A stretch of 64,000 nucleotides of DNA from an uncultured delta proteobacterium (GCA_963769935.1 CAVYNY010000021.1:1-64000), one strand, 5' to 3'. Counted from the first letter of the stretch, positions 17,796 through 28,833 are shown. Translations and numbers: made by a program. The notes: a model not told the origin generated them from the sequence alone.

Positions 17796-18503
17796 CTAAA
17801 GGATTGAAACAGGATGTAGAAATTTGGATGCCAGAAAACACTCTGCAATTGCCAGGTCCTCTTTATGGGTAATTTTAATATTGCCCCGACTGCCCCGGAT
17901 CATTCTTACCGGTTCTCCCAATCGTTCGACCAGAGAGGCATCGTCAGTGCCGAGGTAACCTTCTGCTTTTGCTTTTGCATGGGCTTTTTTGATCAACTCG
18001 CTGTGAAACGTCTGGGGCGTTTGGGCCAGCCATAGGTTGTCTCTTGGCAGCGTGTGAACAATATTTTCCTGTCCATCAACCTGCTTTAACGTGTCATAGG
18101 CGGGAACCCCCAGGATACAGGCGCCGAATTCACGCGCCCCCTCTATCGTGGCGACTACCTGATCATTATTTACAAACGGCCGTACGCCGTCATGAATAAT
18201 GACAATGCCGCAGTTCGAATCAATTTTCTGCAGGCCGTTATATACCGAATCCTGGCGTCGAGCGCCTCCGGAAACCAGATGAATATTTCTGGTAAGCTTT
18301 ACCTGGCTGATAATTTTTTCCCGGCAAAAGTCTAAATCATCTTTCGGGATCACCAGATAAATGTCATCAACCGGATCACAGCCGTCAAAAATGAGCAAGG
18401 TCCTGGCTAAAACCGGGAGCCCGGCCAGCGAAAGATATTGCTTTCGCAACGACGATTGCATCCGGGCACCTTGCCCGGCAGCGACAATAACGGCAGCAAC
18501 CAT
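17796..18503 (-). CDS. ispD: 2-C-methyl-D-erythritol 4-phosphate cytidylyltransferase
   Basis: AAGQGARM..KQY, HDGVRP, QTPQ, TDDASL, NIKIT. Confidence 0.95.
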   Translation of the reverse strand: MVAAVIVAAGQGARMQSSLRKQYLSLAGLPVLARTLLIFDGCDPVDDIYLVIPKDDLDFCREKIISQVKLTRNIHLVSGGARRQDSVYNGLQKIDSNCGIVIIHDGVRPFVNNDQVVATIEGAREFGACILGVPAYDTLKQVDGQENIVHTLPRDNLWLAQTPQTFHSELIKKAHAKAKAEGYLGTDDASLVERLGEPVRMIRGSRGNIKITHKEDLAIAECFLASKFLHPVSIL

Positions 18504-18528
18504 GCTAATGTCTCTGATTAACCATTTT

Positions 18529-19839
18529 TCAAGTTAAATATCTCAACTCCAGGGGCAGCGGTACCCCTTTGCCCATGGTGTCTTCACCGTAGTTAACCTT
18601 TGCCAGGGTTTCTATGTCGTTTAAAGTCCTTGCATCGCCTTCAAAAATGACTTCTTTGAGATTTTCCTTCTGGATTTTGCCTCCCGCCCACTGGATATCA
18701 AGGACGCTGCTGGCATCGAAGCGGTCATCTCCGACACAAAGCTCCACCTGGCCTCCGTAGTGCTGGACTATTTTGGCAACCAGTAAACTAGGCCGGGCAT
18801 GGAAACCGAGCTTTTGCGGAATACCCACCTTGATCCTGGCCCGTTCGATATTTTCATTAAGTATTTCCCGGGCCTTTTCCTGACCGTTTGTCAGAAAGTG
18901 GCAGGCGTAAAAAAGGCCGTAGTTGATGGTGCGATCTAGGAGCACCCGGGGATTGACCAGGGCGGCTAACCGGTCCTGGACATTTTTATACGTATTTATA
19001 TAGCCGGCTTCATGCAAATGCCGCTCATAGAAATGAAGCAGTCGCCCTACCATCTGCAGCAAATGGAAAACGACGGAGAAAAATCCGCGCAGCTGTTTTA
19101 GTTTGCGATTGCCGTACCGAAATCCGCCATGAATGACATAGGTGTCGAAAGTCGACTGCAAATTATGCAGCAGCATCTCATAGCGCCGGATTTCCACCTC
19201 ATTGACCTTAACGGGTACGATAGCCAAAATATCCTCATACGCATATGGCTCGTAGAATTTAAGCTGATCAAAATCCTTGGTGATGTTGAGAAATTCGCTC
19301 GCAATTTTAACAATGTGCTTTTTTTGCAGATCCTTGTCCTGATCATCGATATCATAGCGAAGCATATCGTTTGTTATTGTGCTTGGAAAATCATCGGCAT
19401 GAAATTGATCTTCCGGGACCGGTATATTGCGCAGCCGGGCTTCCTCCACAATAACCGGAGCCATTTTGGCCAGCGATTTTGTTAAAAAATCCAGAGTTAC
19501 CTCCCCTTCTTTTTGAAAATCACCGGAATCCGGAAGATCATAAAATAAAAGGCGATTGGAGAGATGTCTTTGAAAATTCGCTCCCAGACTCAAGTGACGA
19601 ACCGCAGCCGTCAATTCACGATAAAAATACCAGTCCTTGTTGTTTTTGGCTCCGTGATAATCTAGAAAATCTTCAAGAAGCATCGAGGCGGATATTAGCT
19701 TTGAATAAAGCATTTTGGTAAATGCATTTTTAGGGTCATTCGTTTGGGCCAGATAAAGACAACACTTCAGATAATCAGTGGAAAAGATACGGGCTTTGCC
19801 GTCGAACGAACTTTCGTAATTGGTGGGTGATTTATCCAT
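18529..19839 (-). CDS. Large protein with C-terminal HPr phosphocarrier domain
   Basis: GFHARPS (His15 site) and DASSVL (Ser46 site) in last ~100 aa; ~330-aa helical N-terminal region. Confidence 0.85.
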   Translation of the reverse strand: MDKSPTNYESSFDGKARIFSTDYLKCCLYLAQTNDPKNAFTKMLYSKLISASMLLEDFLDYHGAKNNKDWYFYRELTAAVRHLSLGANFQRHLSNRLLFYDLPDSGDFQKEGEVTLDFLTKSLAKMAPVIVEEARLRNIPVPEDQFHADDFPSTITNDMLRYDIDDQDKDLQKKHIVKIASEFLNITKDFDQLKFYEPYAYEDILAIVPVKVNEVEIRRYEMLLHNLQSTFDTYVIHGGFRYGNRKLKQLRGFFSVVFHLLQMVGRLLHFYERHLHEAGYINTYKNVQDRLAALVNPRVLLDRTINYGLFYACHFLTNGQEKAREILNENIERARIKVGIPQKLGFHARPSLLVAKIVQHYGGQVELCVGDDRFDASSVLDIQWAGGKIQKENLKEVIFEGDARTLNDIETLAKVNYGEDTMGKGVPLPLELRYLT

Positions 19840-19841
19840 AG

Positions 19842-20202
19842 GTTAAGGTTCAGGGTTCAACGTTCTGGGTTTGGGGCTTCGCCCTTCGGGCTACGACCCC
19901 ACAAGCAGGGTTTTGGGATCATCGCTCAGGGTTGGCGCAAATTAAAATCACAAATTCCAAATAACAAATATCAAACAAATTACAATGATCAAAATTCAAA
20001 ATTCCAAACTGGACTTCATCAGTAGCACGAAGGTCCTAAAAGACGAAAAAAGAAATCCGCTGGATTTTCTTGGTTCGGCCGGTTTCGGTCATTGATTGTT
20101 GGGATTTGGGATTTATTTGTTTTTTGGTGCTTGAAATTTGGAATTTAAACCTTTCCAGCTGTGCTATGTTCCAGCATCCAGATCCAGCATCCAGTATCCA
20201 GA
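19842..20202. repeat. Composite intergenic repeat (GGTTCAG run with REP hairpin; AAAT..C inverted-repeat arms 19944-20147; TCCAGCA heptamers)
   Basis: GCTTCGCCCTTCGGGCTACGACCCCACAAG also at about 39210-39240; left arm AAATTCCAAATAACAAATATCAAACAAAT, right arm ATTTATTTGTTTTTTGGTGCTTGAAATTTGGAATTT. Confidence 0.75.
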
Positions 20203-20212
20203 AATAAACGGC

Positions 20213-20601
20213 CGGAGTAGTCCATAAGCCGAATTCTGTTCCCGGTTCAGGTTACCCCGAACCGGGCAACGATCATTCATCTATGGATGGCGGTTGCCCG
20301 ACATCTCTTGCGACCTACCCGGAAGCTCGGGCGGGCAGCCCTTAAACGCTTCCCTATTTGGTCTTGCACCGGGTGGGGTTTGCCGAGCTTCCCCGGTCAC
20401 CCGGGGAACTGGTGCGCTCTTACCGCACCATTTCACCCTTACCCATCACCAAATCATCCGATTTGGCAGACGGGCGGTATGCTTTCTGTTGCACTTTCCT
20501 TCGCGTCACCACGACTTCACGTTATGAAGCACCCTGCCCTGCGGTGTTCGGACTTTCCTCCGGATCACATTTTTGACCCAGCGATCGTTTGGGCTACTCC
20601 G
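20213..20601 (-). ncRNA. rnpB: RNase P RNA (class A)
   Basis: Minus strand GAGGAAAGTCCGAACACC, GGGTGAAATGGTGCGGTAAGAGCGCACC, ACAGAATTCGGCTTAT; P1 CGGAGTAG/CTACTCCG. Confidence 0.97.
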
Positions 20602-21346
20602 ACCGTTCGTCAAGTTCCCTCCAGTAAATGATTCTCTCACAGCTGGGACAATATTTCAAGCTGTCGCGGCGCTGGAGTTCGTTGTAAACCTGGGGCGGGA
20701 TATTCATATTGCATCCCAAACAAACAGCATTCTTGACTTCCGCGATAGCCACCCCATTGATCTGTTTCGCTTTCACACGGTTAAACAATCCAATTAAATC
20801 GGCATCCAGTTCGGCCGCAATTGCATCGCGATCAGATTCCAGCTCAGCAAGCCTTTTTTCATTTTCTTCGGCATCCCGTTGCACTGCCGACTTCTCCTGG
20901 TTCGTCTCATCAACAATTTTTTTATACTGCTGCCTGCGAGCCTGAAGGGCTAATTCAGCCGTTTCAATTTTCTCCAGAAACTCCAGCATTTCATCTTCGA
21001 ACTTAGAGCCGATTGCCTTTAAATCGTCTATTTCTTTCAGAGATGACTGATATTCTTTATTGGTTTTGACCGATCGAAGCTTTTCCTCGCTCTTTTTAAT
21101 TCTGCTAAGGTTCAATTGCAAATCGGATTCATAAGTACGATACTGCTTATTAATCTCGGTTATGGCGTCCGCTTCATTTTCAATGCTGTGGGTGAACTCC
21201 TCGAGCTGCTGCTCAAGGATGCTGATTTGAACCGGCACTTTCTCAAGAAGCGCTTTCACCTTTTCTGTCTCAATTTCAATTTTCTGAATCCTGACAAGCG
21301 TGTCGATCATTTCTTTGGTGATACCGGGCATTCTTTTTCCTATCAT
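20594..21346 (-). CDS. Coiled-coil protein with C4-type zinc ribbon (DUF164/CT398-like)
   Basis: TNKEY; CLGCNMNIPPQ..CPSCERII. Confidence 0.9.
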   Translation of the reverse strand: MIGKRMPGITKEMIDTLVRIQKIEIETEKVKALLEKVPVQISILEQQLEEFTHSIENEADAITEINKQYRTYESDLQLNLSRIKKSEEKLRSVKTNKEYQSSLKEIDDLKAIGSKFEDEMLEFLEKIETAELALQARRQQYKKIVDETNQEKSAVQRDAEENEKRLAELESDRDAIAAELDADLIGLFNRVKAKQINGVAIAEVKNAVCLGCNMNIPPQVYNELQRRDSLKYCPSCERIIYWRELDERSE

Positions 21347-21419
21347 TGTAAAAGGTTGGGCTTCAAGTGCAATAGGATGGTCGTCTCTTTCTTCGACAGG
21401 GCGGACCGTTTTAATAATT

Positions 21420-21450
21420 AAAAAAGCGCGGGTTTATCGAAACCCACGCC
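21420..21450 (-). terminator. Rho-independent terminator downstream of tRNA-Ile
   Basis: Minus strand GCGTGGGTTT-CGAT-AAACCCGCGC-TTTTTT. Confidence 0.7.
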
Positions 21451-21687
21451 ACTTTATAGCAACCATATGGCTGAAATAGCAGCGATACAAGCCGCCCCCT
21501 CGTTAAAAAAAGCAACCGTTGGGCCACCAAGATACCATGCCTCGACCAAGACTCCACTCGGCCGAAGCGGGCCCTTTCCATTGAAGATTGAAAATCGAAT
21601 ATTTGTGGTAATCTATTTATTTAATCTCGTCTTCTTTATAGAAAGTTAACAACCACATTTTACACGCCTAACCTAGAATTAAAAGAG

Positions 21688-21760
21688 TGGGCCCACCTGG
21701 GATCGAACCAGGGACCGACCGGTTATGAGCCGGTGGCTCTGCCAGCTGAGCTATGGGCCC
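21688..21760 (-). tRNA. tRNA with CAT anticodon, likely tRNA-Ile2 (lysidine)
   Basis: GGGCCCATAGCTCAG..ACCGG-CTCATAA-CCGGT..GGTTCGATCC..TGGGCCCA; sits downstream of rpoD like ileX; CCA not encoded. Confidence 0.93.
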
Positions 21761-21893
21761 TTGAATTGAAAATTGCAGATTGAAAATTTGTTGCATGCTA
21801 TCGATTTTATGACTGTCTCAATCACGAAAAATGAAAAAATAAATATCAAAAAGTAAGTATTCCTTAATTATTCATTTTGCAATATTCAATTCT
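21761..21893. repeat. ATATTGA-family inverted-repeat element
   Basis: Same architecture as 30565-30698 and 41123-41246. Confidence 0.7.
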
Positions 21894-21894
21894 T

Positions 21895-23793
21895 TCAGGT
21901 GTCAATAAAATTTTTTAGCTTACGGCTCCTCGTTGGATGCCGTAGCTTTCGCAACGCCTTGGCTTCAATCTGACGAATCCGTTCCCGGGTAACCGCAAAA
22001 TCCTGCCCGACTTCTTCAAGGGTATGGTCGGCTTTCTCACCGATGCCAAATCGCATACGCAACACTTTTTCCTCACGTGGTGTCAGGGTCGCCAGAACCT
22101 TGCGGGTCTGCTCGGCTAGATTCATGTTAACGGCCGCATCGGAAGGCAGCATGAATTTTTTATCTTCGATAAAGTCCCCCAGATGACTGTCCTCTTCCTC
22201 TCCGATCGGGGTTTCCAAAGAAATCGGTTCTCTGGCTATTTTGAGTACCTTGCGAACTTTATCCAGAGGTATCTCCATTTTTTCAGCAATTTCCTCCGGT
22301 GTCGGTTCGCGTCCCTGCTCCTGAACCAGGTATCGCGAGGTCCGGATGAGTTTATTGATTGTCTCGATCATGTGAACCGGAATTCGGATGGTTCTGGCCT
22401 GGTCGGCAATGGCCCGCGTGATGGCCTGTCTAATCCACCAGGTGGCGTAGGTGCTGAATTTATAGCCCCGCCGATATTCAAATTTATCGACGGCTTTCAT
22501 TAAGCCGATATTGCCCTCCTGGATTAAATCCAGGAACTGCAATCCGCGATTGGTATATTTTTTGGCAATGCTGACAACCAGACGCAGGTTCGCTTTTGTC
22601 AATTCGCTTTTGGCCAGTTTAGCCCGGTATCGACCTTCCTCGACACTGGTCATAATCTTTTTTAAATTGCGAATATTGGACTTTAGTTCAATTTCTTTGC
22701 CGGCAATATCTTCCTGAATCTTGTTCAGCTCGACAAAAAGATCCCCCAACTCATCTTTGGCAACTTTACTGCGGCTGTCGGCCCATTTTACAAATTTAGT
22801 TTTGGTCTTCAGATTATCGAGAATCTCCTTGGTTGAGACATCGAACATATCGGCCAATTCGGTGGTTCTTTTGATCCTTGCCTCAAACCATCCAATTTGG
22901 TGCAGGATTTTGCTTTCTATATCATCGATGACGCTTGATTCAAGCCGCCATTCTTTGAGTAATTCAAAAATTCCATTTGAACGACGGGCAATATTGCGCT
23001 TGATTCGGCGTTGTTTTTCCGAATCCTTTTTTTGAGTGAAAAGTTTTTCCCGATAACCCTTGTTTTCCTCATGGATTTCCTTAATCGCGCGAATGGTCTC
23101 CAAAAACTTTTCTGTTTGCACGATTTCATCGGCATAGGTATCGCCTTCATCGATGTCCCGCAAAACGTACTTGGGACGAAGGGCACCATTTTCTATATCT
23201 GCGCCCAGAGCAATGATAGATTCAACGCCGATTGTGCTTTCCAGAAGCGCGCGCAGAACTTCCTGCTCGCCGGCTTCTATTTTTTTAGCAATTTCGACCT
23301 CCCCTTCCCGGCTAAGAAGGGTGACAAGACCCATTTCGCGGAGATACATTTTAACCGGATCGGTAACCGTCCCGAAATCGGATGCCGCTCCCCCCCGGCC
23401 GACCGCCCTTTTTTCCTTGGGTTTTTTTAGCTTGACGATTTTCTTTTGGTGTTTTTCATCGACCACTTCGATGTTGTTGGCGTAGAATAACATCAGCGTT
23501 TCGTCAATTTGCTCGGGATAAAGCATGTCTTCCGGCAGCACTTCGTTTATTTCATCATAAGTCAGATAGCCTCGCTTTTTACCTTTAGACAGTAAAGATT
23601 TTACTGCTTTGGGAGTCGTCTCAATATTTTCTCCCTGCTTCTCGGCGCTCTTGTTCGCGTCTTCCTGGTTGGCCGTATTTTTCACGGTTTTTTTGTTACC
23701 GGTATCCTTTGCGGATGCCTTAGCCTGGGTCTTTTTGCTGGTTTCTTCTTTTATAGAAGATTTTCTGACCATAAAATCATGCCTCCCGAACAC
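21895..23793 (-). CDS. rpoD: RNA polymerase sigma factor RpoD
   Basis: Region 1.1 [53 protein letters not shown]. Confidence 0.98.
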   Translation of the reverse strand: MFGRHDFMVRKSSIKEETSKKTQAKASAKDTGNKKTVKNTANQEDANKSAEKQGENIETTPKAVKSLLSKGKKRGYLTYDEINEVLPEDMLYPEQIDETLMLFYANNIEVVDEKHQKKIVKLKKPKEKRAVGRGGAASDFGTVTDPVKMYLREMGLVTLLSREGEVEIAKKIEAGEQEVLRALLESTIGVESIIALGADIENGALRPKYVLRDIDEGDTYADEIVQTEKFLETIRAIKEIHEENKGYREKLFTQKKDSEKQRRIKRNIARRSNGIFELLKEWRLESSVIDDIESKILHQIGWFEARIKRTTELADMFDVSTKEILDNLKTKTKFVKWADSRSKVAKDELGDLFVELNKIQEDIAGKEIELKSNIRNLKKIMTSVEEGRYRAKLAKSELTKANLRLVVSIAKKYTNRGLQFLDLIQEGNIGLMKAVDKFEYRRGYKFSTYATWWIRQAITRAIADQARTIRIPVHMIETINKLIRTSRYLVQEQGREPTPEEIAEKMEIPLDKVRKVLKIAREPISLETPIGEEEDSHLGDFIEDKKFMLPSDAAVNMNLAEQTRKVLATLTPREEKVLRMRFGIGEKADHTLEEVGQDFAVTRERIRQIEAKALRKLRHPTRSRKLKNFIDT

Positions 23794-23943
23794 CTGAATT
23801 TATCAGCCGCAAACAATAATCACTTGCCAGATCGCACTTTTCCCATGCGGTCCCTTGCATTCAACGGCAGATGGCACCAGGGGTAAAAACATAAATGTCT
23901 ACGATCGGTTGGACTTGGCTTATGGGTGGGAACACACCCGACG

Positions 23944-25855
23944 TTATTTCTCATTTAAAATGGCCATTTTTTGTCTCTGCACTGCGTTCGGCCATTTTTT
24001 GCTTTTTTACTCAACAATGATAGAAGCAGCTCGTGATCATTGCTTTTTTCAGCGGCTTTGATCTGCTCCTCCAAGCAAACGATTGTTGCGAAGCTTTTGC
24101 CTGATATCCACAAACTTGCCGAGCAATATGAGACACCCCTTTTTATTCCAGGATTCCTCCTCCATCGATAGAGAAGCGATTAAAGATTCATTTTGTTCGT
24201 TATTAATTTGAGACATCAGCTCGGACACCTGATCGGCTGAAGTCGCATTGAATTTCAAGATCATATTCCCGATGGATTGAAGTGTACTATCTTCAAAATA
24301 TTCTAGAACGTTCTGCTTATCAATTTCAGGTAATATCTCAGGAAATTGAAGCATCATCGCAATGATCCGGCGCTCAAAGCGGCTACCGGCATTGATATCC
24401 GGCAACCCTGCCGCCCCTGCCGCAGACCCCGCCGATCCGATCTTTTGCGATTCGCCGGCCGGCGTTGCAGCCCTTGAACCCGAGGCGGATGAGCTGCGAT
24501 TTTTGGCGGCCAAGGCTCGTGACGCTCTCCAGCACAGCCGATTCTGCAATGCCGATTCGTTCAGCCAGCTGCTGAATGTATATTGCCTGGGCCACCCGGT
24601 CATTTATCGCCGATAGCGGTTCCTGCAATTCTGATATTATCCGAAGTTTTCCTTCAGGTGTCAGAGGCCGTGTCTGCGGACCGCACAGTCCATAAGAAAT
24701 GTTATGATCCCCGGCGAATTGGACGCCGCCGCCAAAAAAGCTTCCGGTCCATTTTCGAAAACAAATGAATCCGGGTCATGTCCGGCGGGCAATACCAGGA
24801 TATGGGTATCCGCTTTTTCCTCGCTGAATACATCCTCTCTTCGAAAGTCGACATGTTCTTGCCAGAAGGTCTCGATACAGCGCTGGGCCGAACGGATACC
24901 GGCTTCATCAGAGTCATAGACCAGAATCATACGGCCTGCATAGCGGGTTAATAATCTTACATGCTCCGCCGTTAACGCCGTGCCGAGAGTTGCGACCGAA
25001 TTTTCAATACCATGCTGATGCAGTGCCAACAGGTCCAGATAGCCTTCAACGATAAAGACCGTGCCGGCGGCCCGGCATTTATCTTTGGCCCGGTGAATGC
25101 CGTAAAGCGAACGGCTTTTGTTATATACCGGAGTCTCCGGAGAATTAAGATATTTCGGCAGAGCAGTCATCCAGCACGCGGCCGCCGAAGCCGATAACCT
25201 GCATATTCACATCAAATATCGGAAAGATAATCCGATTACGAAAACGATCGTAATAGCCGCTGTTGTCTTTTCTGGGCAGAATCAATCCGCTCTTTTCAAG
25301 CTGGGCGGGCGATATTCGTTTGCTTGAGAAAAACCTGAAAAGATGATCCCACCCATCGCGGGCGAATCCGAGCTTAAAGTCATCAATCGTCTTTTGAGAA
25401 ATTCCCCTCTTAGAAAGATATGATCTCGCCGTCTCACCGGCGGCACTGTTCACCAAGGATTGATGAAAAAAATCCATCGCTCGACGATTCAGGTCGAGCA
25501 GGCTCTCCTTTTCGCTGATTCGCTTTCTTTGTTCCGGTGAAAGCGGTCTTTCCGGAATATCAACTCCATAACGTTTGGCGAGATGCCTGGCGACTTCCGG
25601 AAAGGATAGCCCCTCCTGTTTCATAAGGAAGCTGAAAACATTGCCCCCGGCACTGCAGCCAAAACAATGGAAAATCTGTTTGTCCGGGCTGACCGTAAAA
25701 GATGGAGTTTTTTCGGAATGAAACGGACAAAGCCCGATGTAGTTTTTACCTGCTTTTTTCAGAAGCACAGATTCTGAAACGACATCCACAATATCGGCCG
25801 CATTCTTGATTTCTGAAATTTTATCTTCAGGTATTAGAACAGCCAATGACAGCAA
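23944..25855 (-). CDS. dnaG: DNA primase (split by several probable sequencing frameshifts)
   Basis: CPFHSEKTPSF..CFGC zinc finger, DRFRNRIIFPI, KYLNSPET, VEGYLD, DSD, DPD. Confidence 0.95.
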
Positions 25856-26072
25856 CCTCCATTGCCATTAAACAGGTGAGACAAAAGTTAGCGGAAGGGT
25901 CTCTAATGGGATGACACTTAGCCAATGATTGTTTAAGTTCAACTGCATGAAATTTGTAATTTTTTCGATATCCTGTCTCGCTGGGCCCGCTTACGGCCAA
26001 AACCAAAATCTGATATCGACCAAGTTTAAACGAAAAATTTAGTTCTACCCAAAGGGTTTGTCAAGGATTATT

Positions 26073-26813
26073 TTAGCCGAATTGGGTTTTAGATTTTACC
26101 GCCGCCAGCGCTTCTTTAAAGTCCAGCGTCCCGCTGTACAATGCCTTGCCCGTTATAATTCCTATCACACCAGATGCTTCAAGCGGCAAAAGGCTGTAAA
26201 TGTCTTCAATCGTTGCAACCCCTCCGGAGGCCACCACCGGTATGTCGACGGCTTCGGCAAGTCGCCGGGTCTCTTCAATGTTCGGCCCCGTCTGCGTTCC
26301 GTCGCGATAAATGTCCGTAAAATTGATGGCGGCAACACCGCAGTTTTTAAATCGCCGGGCCAAATCGACCGCTTTGATCCGGGTCGTCTCGGTCCACCCT
26401 TCGATGGCAACCAAGCCCTTGCGGGCATCAATGCCCACAACGATCCGGCCGGGATAAATCATTGAGATTCGTTCTACGAATTCAGGGTGTCGGATGGCCT
26501 CGGTTCCGATAATCACCCGCGCCACGCCCATGTCCAGAAACCGGCGCACCGTTTGTTCGTTACGAATCCCACCGCCCAGTTGAATCGGCGTATCGACGGT
26601 TTGCAGAATATTTTCTATGGCAGCGAGATTTTGCGGACTTTTTTCAAAGGCACCATCCAAATCGATTACATGGATTAATTCTGCCCCGGCCTGCGCCCAC
26701 CTATCGGCCATGGCCGCCGGATCATCTGCAAAGACGGTCTCATCTTCTTTACGCCCCTGAACGAGCCTGACACATTTGCCGTTTCTTATATCAACCGCAG
26801 GTATGATGATCAT
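26073..26813 (-). CDS. hisA: ProFAR isomerase
   Basis: IIPAVDIRNGKCVRLVQG, HVIDLDGA, GGGIR, TDIYRDG, ASGG. Confidence 0.96.
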   Translation of the reverse strand: MIIIPAVDIRNGKCVRLVQGRKEDETVFADDPAAMADRWAQAGAELIHVIDLDGAFEKSPQNLAAIENILQTVDTPIQLGGGIRNEQTVRRFLDMGVARVIIGTEAIRHPEFVERISMIYPGRIVVGIDARKGLVAIEGWTETTRIKAVDLARRFKNCGVAAINFTDIYRDGTQTGPNIEETRRLAEAVDIPVVASGGVATIEDIYSLLPLEASGVIGIITGKALYSGTLDFKEALAAVKSKTQFG

Positions 26814-27535
26814 TACTTTGGAAATTTTTTCAGTATACTGTTCAGACCGGCGGTCGCCATATCTTCGGCAGTTATCCAACGCCCGCCTCTGCTGAGAAAA
26901 GTACCGAGTTGGAATAGATTTTGGTCCAGCGACTGTTGGGTCTCGTCAAAATTGGCCGACCACACGGTACGGCCGTCCCTCATACGGATTAAATATATGT
27001 CAAACGCCACCGAAGCCGGGGATTCAGCTGAAAAGCCTTTGCCGACACGCTCTCTAAACCTGTACACAAAACCCAACAGCACGGCATCCACCGCCTCTTT
27101 TTGCCCCAACAGAATCAGGTTTCTGCGGTTGAGCACCAAATCACTGCCGGCGGGATCCAAAATCGGAGCCGGGCTCTGTGAATTGTCGGGTATTCGTATT
27201 TCATAATCGGTTTTGCTTTGCAACCAGGACACCAGAGCGTCGGTTAAAAAATCAACAGCATTCGCAGCCACATCACCGGTAATAAAGATTCGGCCCGATA
27301 CCGGGCTTCTGGCATCCGGATGTTCTCCGGGCAGGTCGGATAAGTCTTTAAACGGTAAAACCAATATTTTTTCTATTTTCAGAGGGCCCGAAGGCGGTTC
27401 CGAGACGTTAACAGTTGCTTGCTGACAAGCAAGCAACAGCCAACCAAGGGATGCTAAGCACATCAACACCCCTTGACGACGGCCTGAAAAAGATTTCAAA
27501 TAAGACATAATGGGCCCTTGGGAGATTGGAATCAA
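26813..27535 (-). CDS. Putative lipoprotein
   Basis: Lipobox LLLAC; ILVLPF, FRERVG..PASVAF. Confidence 0.8.
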   Translation of the reverse strand: MIPISQGPIMSYLKSFSGRRQGVLMCLASLGWLLLACQQATVNVSEPPSGPLKIEKILVLPFKDLSDLPGEHPDARSPVSGRIFITGDVAANAVDFLTDALVSWLQSKTDYEIRIPDNSQSPAPILDPAGSDLVLNRRNLILLGQKEAVDAVLLGFVYRFRERVGKGFSAESPASVAFDIYLIRMRDGRTVWSANFDETQQSLDQNLFQLGTFLSRGGRWITAEDMATAGLNSILKKFPK

Positions 27536-27662
27536 CAGCGATCGCCTCTCGGGCAGCAGATCGCTTGCATTTCCCCGATTTCAGTCAACTGAAAAAGAAC
27601 GTAAGTAAGTCAGCCATCGAATTTGCATCCGGGTTTGCAGCGCCGGGATGGCTTGGCAAGAA

Positions 27663-28256
27663 TCAAAGGCTGCCTTTAGAAGACGGAACTGCCGAAGTTC
27701 GCCCGTCAATGGATGAAGCCTGATCCAGCGCCCGGCCAAAAGCCTTGAAAATCGATTCAATCATGTGGTGGTCATTCTCCCCGTAGGCGACATTAATGTG
27801 CAAATTCATGCCACCCCGGTTGGCCAGCGCTCGGAAAAATTCTTTGACCAGAGACGAATTAAGTGCAATCGCAGACACAACGGGCTCGGGAACATTGTAA
27901 ACTAAAAACGGGCGATTGGACAGATCGACGGCAACGGCGGCCAGAGCATCATCCATCGGGACAACGGCATGACCGTAACGTTTAATACCTTTTCGTTCGC
28001 CGAGGGCTTTGCTGATTGCATCGCCCAGCACCAGCCCCACGTCTTCGACCGTATGGTGAAAATCGACATCTAAATCCCCTTCAGCGTGCAGGGAAAGATC
28101 AAAGTAACCGTGCACTGCAAACAGCGTGAGCATGTGATCGAAAAAAGGAATGCCGCTGAAGGTTTCCGACATGCCCTGCCCATCCAGGCTGAAGGAAATC
28201 CGAATGCTGGTTTCCTTCGTAATTCGTTCAATTTCGGCTGATCTGTGCGTGATCAT
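27663..28256 (-). CDS. hisB: Imidazoleglycerol-phosphate dehydratase
   Basis: RITKET, FFDHML, DFHHTVED, NDHHMIE, PSSKG. Confidence 0.96.
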   Translation of the reverse strand: MITHRSAEIERITKETSIRISFSLDGQGMSETFSGIPFFDHMLTLFAVHGYFDLSLHAEGDLDVDFHHTVEDVGLVLGDAISKALGERKGIKRYGHAVVPMDDALAAVAVDLSNRPFLVYNVPEPVVSAIALNSSLVKEFFRALANRGGMNLHINVAYGENDHHMIESIFKAFGRALDQASSIDGRTSAVPSSKGSL

Positions 28257-28286
28257 TATCCGGGTCCTGTCCTATCGTGGCTTGGG

Positions 28287-28329
28287 CCTTAGACCCTTTG
28301 TTACGACAATATGTTGTCGGGGTCTAAGG
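28287..28329. repeat. CCTTAGACC...GGTCTAAGG inverted-repeat element
   Basis: Related copy at 51464-51514. Confidence 0.6.
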
Positions 28330-28430
28330 TTTCAGAATTTGTCTATAAAATATAAACCATATTCAGCAATAATCAATGAAATTTCATAAAGTTCTGAACT
28401 TTTCAAACAAAATTTAGCTAAATTCCGGCC

Positions 28431-28467
28431 AAAAAAATGGGTGATCCACCAAAATGATGAATCACCC
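28431..28467 (-). terminator. Rho-independent terminator
   Basis: Minus strand GGGTGATTCATC/GGTGGATCACCC with two G-U pairs, then A and a T7 run. Confidence 0.7.
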
Positions 28468-28674
28468 GTGAAAGGAGGTCAGAATGAAGCACTATAACGC
28501 ACTTACTCTGAGATGGTTTTACAAAAACCATCAACAGTAAAGAACCAGATACTGTTATAATGGTTACAAAATTTCGAAACCAGCTGATGTCTCTTTAATT
28601 TCCTATTGCTTCGGTATATAATGCCTTCTTCGCTCGGCGGCGACAAAAAATGATTACAGTTTTAAATAGATAAG

Positions 28675-28747
28675 TGGAGATGAGGGGGCTCGAACCCCTG
28701 ACCTCGGCGTTGCGAACGCCGCGCTCTCCCAGCTGAGCTACATCCCC
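28675..28747 (-). tRNA. tRNA-Ala(CGC)
   Basis: GGGGATGTAGCTCAG..CGGCG-TTCGCAA-CGCCG..GGTTCGAGCC..CATCTCCA; G3-U70 pair. Confidence 0.95.
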
Positions 28748-28833
28748 ACAATTGAATGCCTTTCCATATCAAATCCCTTATCAAGGGTCAATTGAATTAT
28801 CGGGGTCAATTGAAAAAGAACAGGAGAAATTTC

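Noticed and set aside
20287..20631. Plus-strand ORFs over 20287-20631
   Set aside because: Antisense shadows of rnpB.
23944..25855. Multiple frameshifts in dnaG as pseudogenisation or programmed frameshifting
   Set aside because: Essential gene with all motifs intact. Clustered single-base indels, also seen in lon, korB, exeA, capD and the SQD1-like gene, fit sequencing or assembly error.
28484..28540. 18-aa ORF as the YcaO RiPP precursor
   Set aside because: No leader/core pattern, few Cys/Ser/Thr, and separated from ycaO by a divergent tRNA; kept only as an sRNA or peptide candidate.
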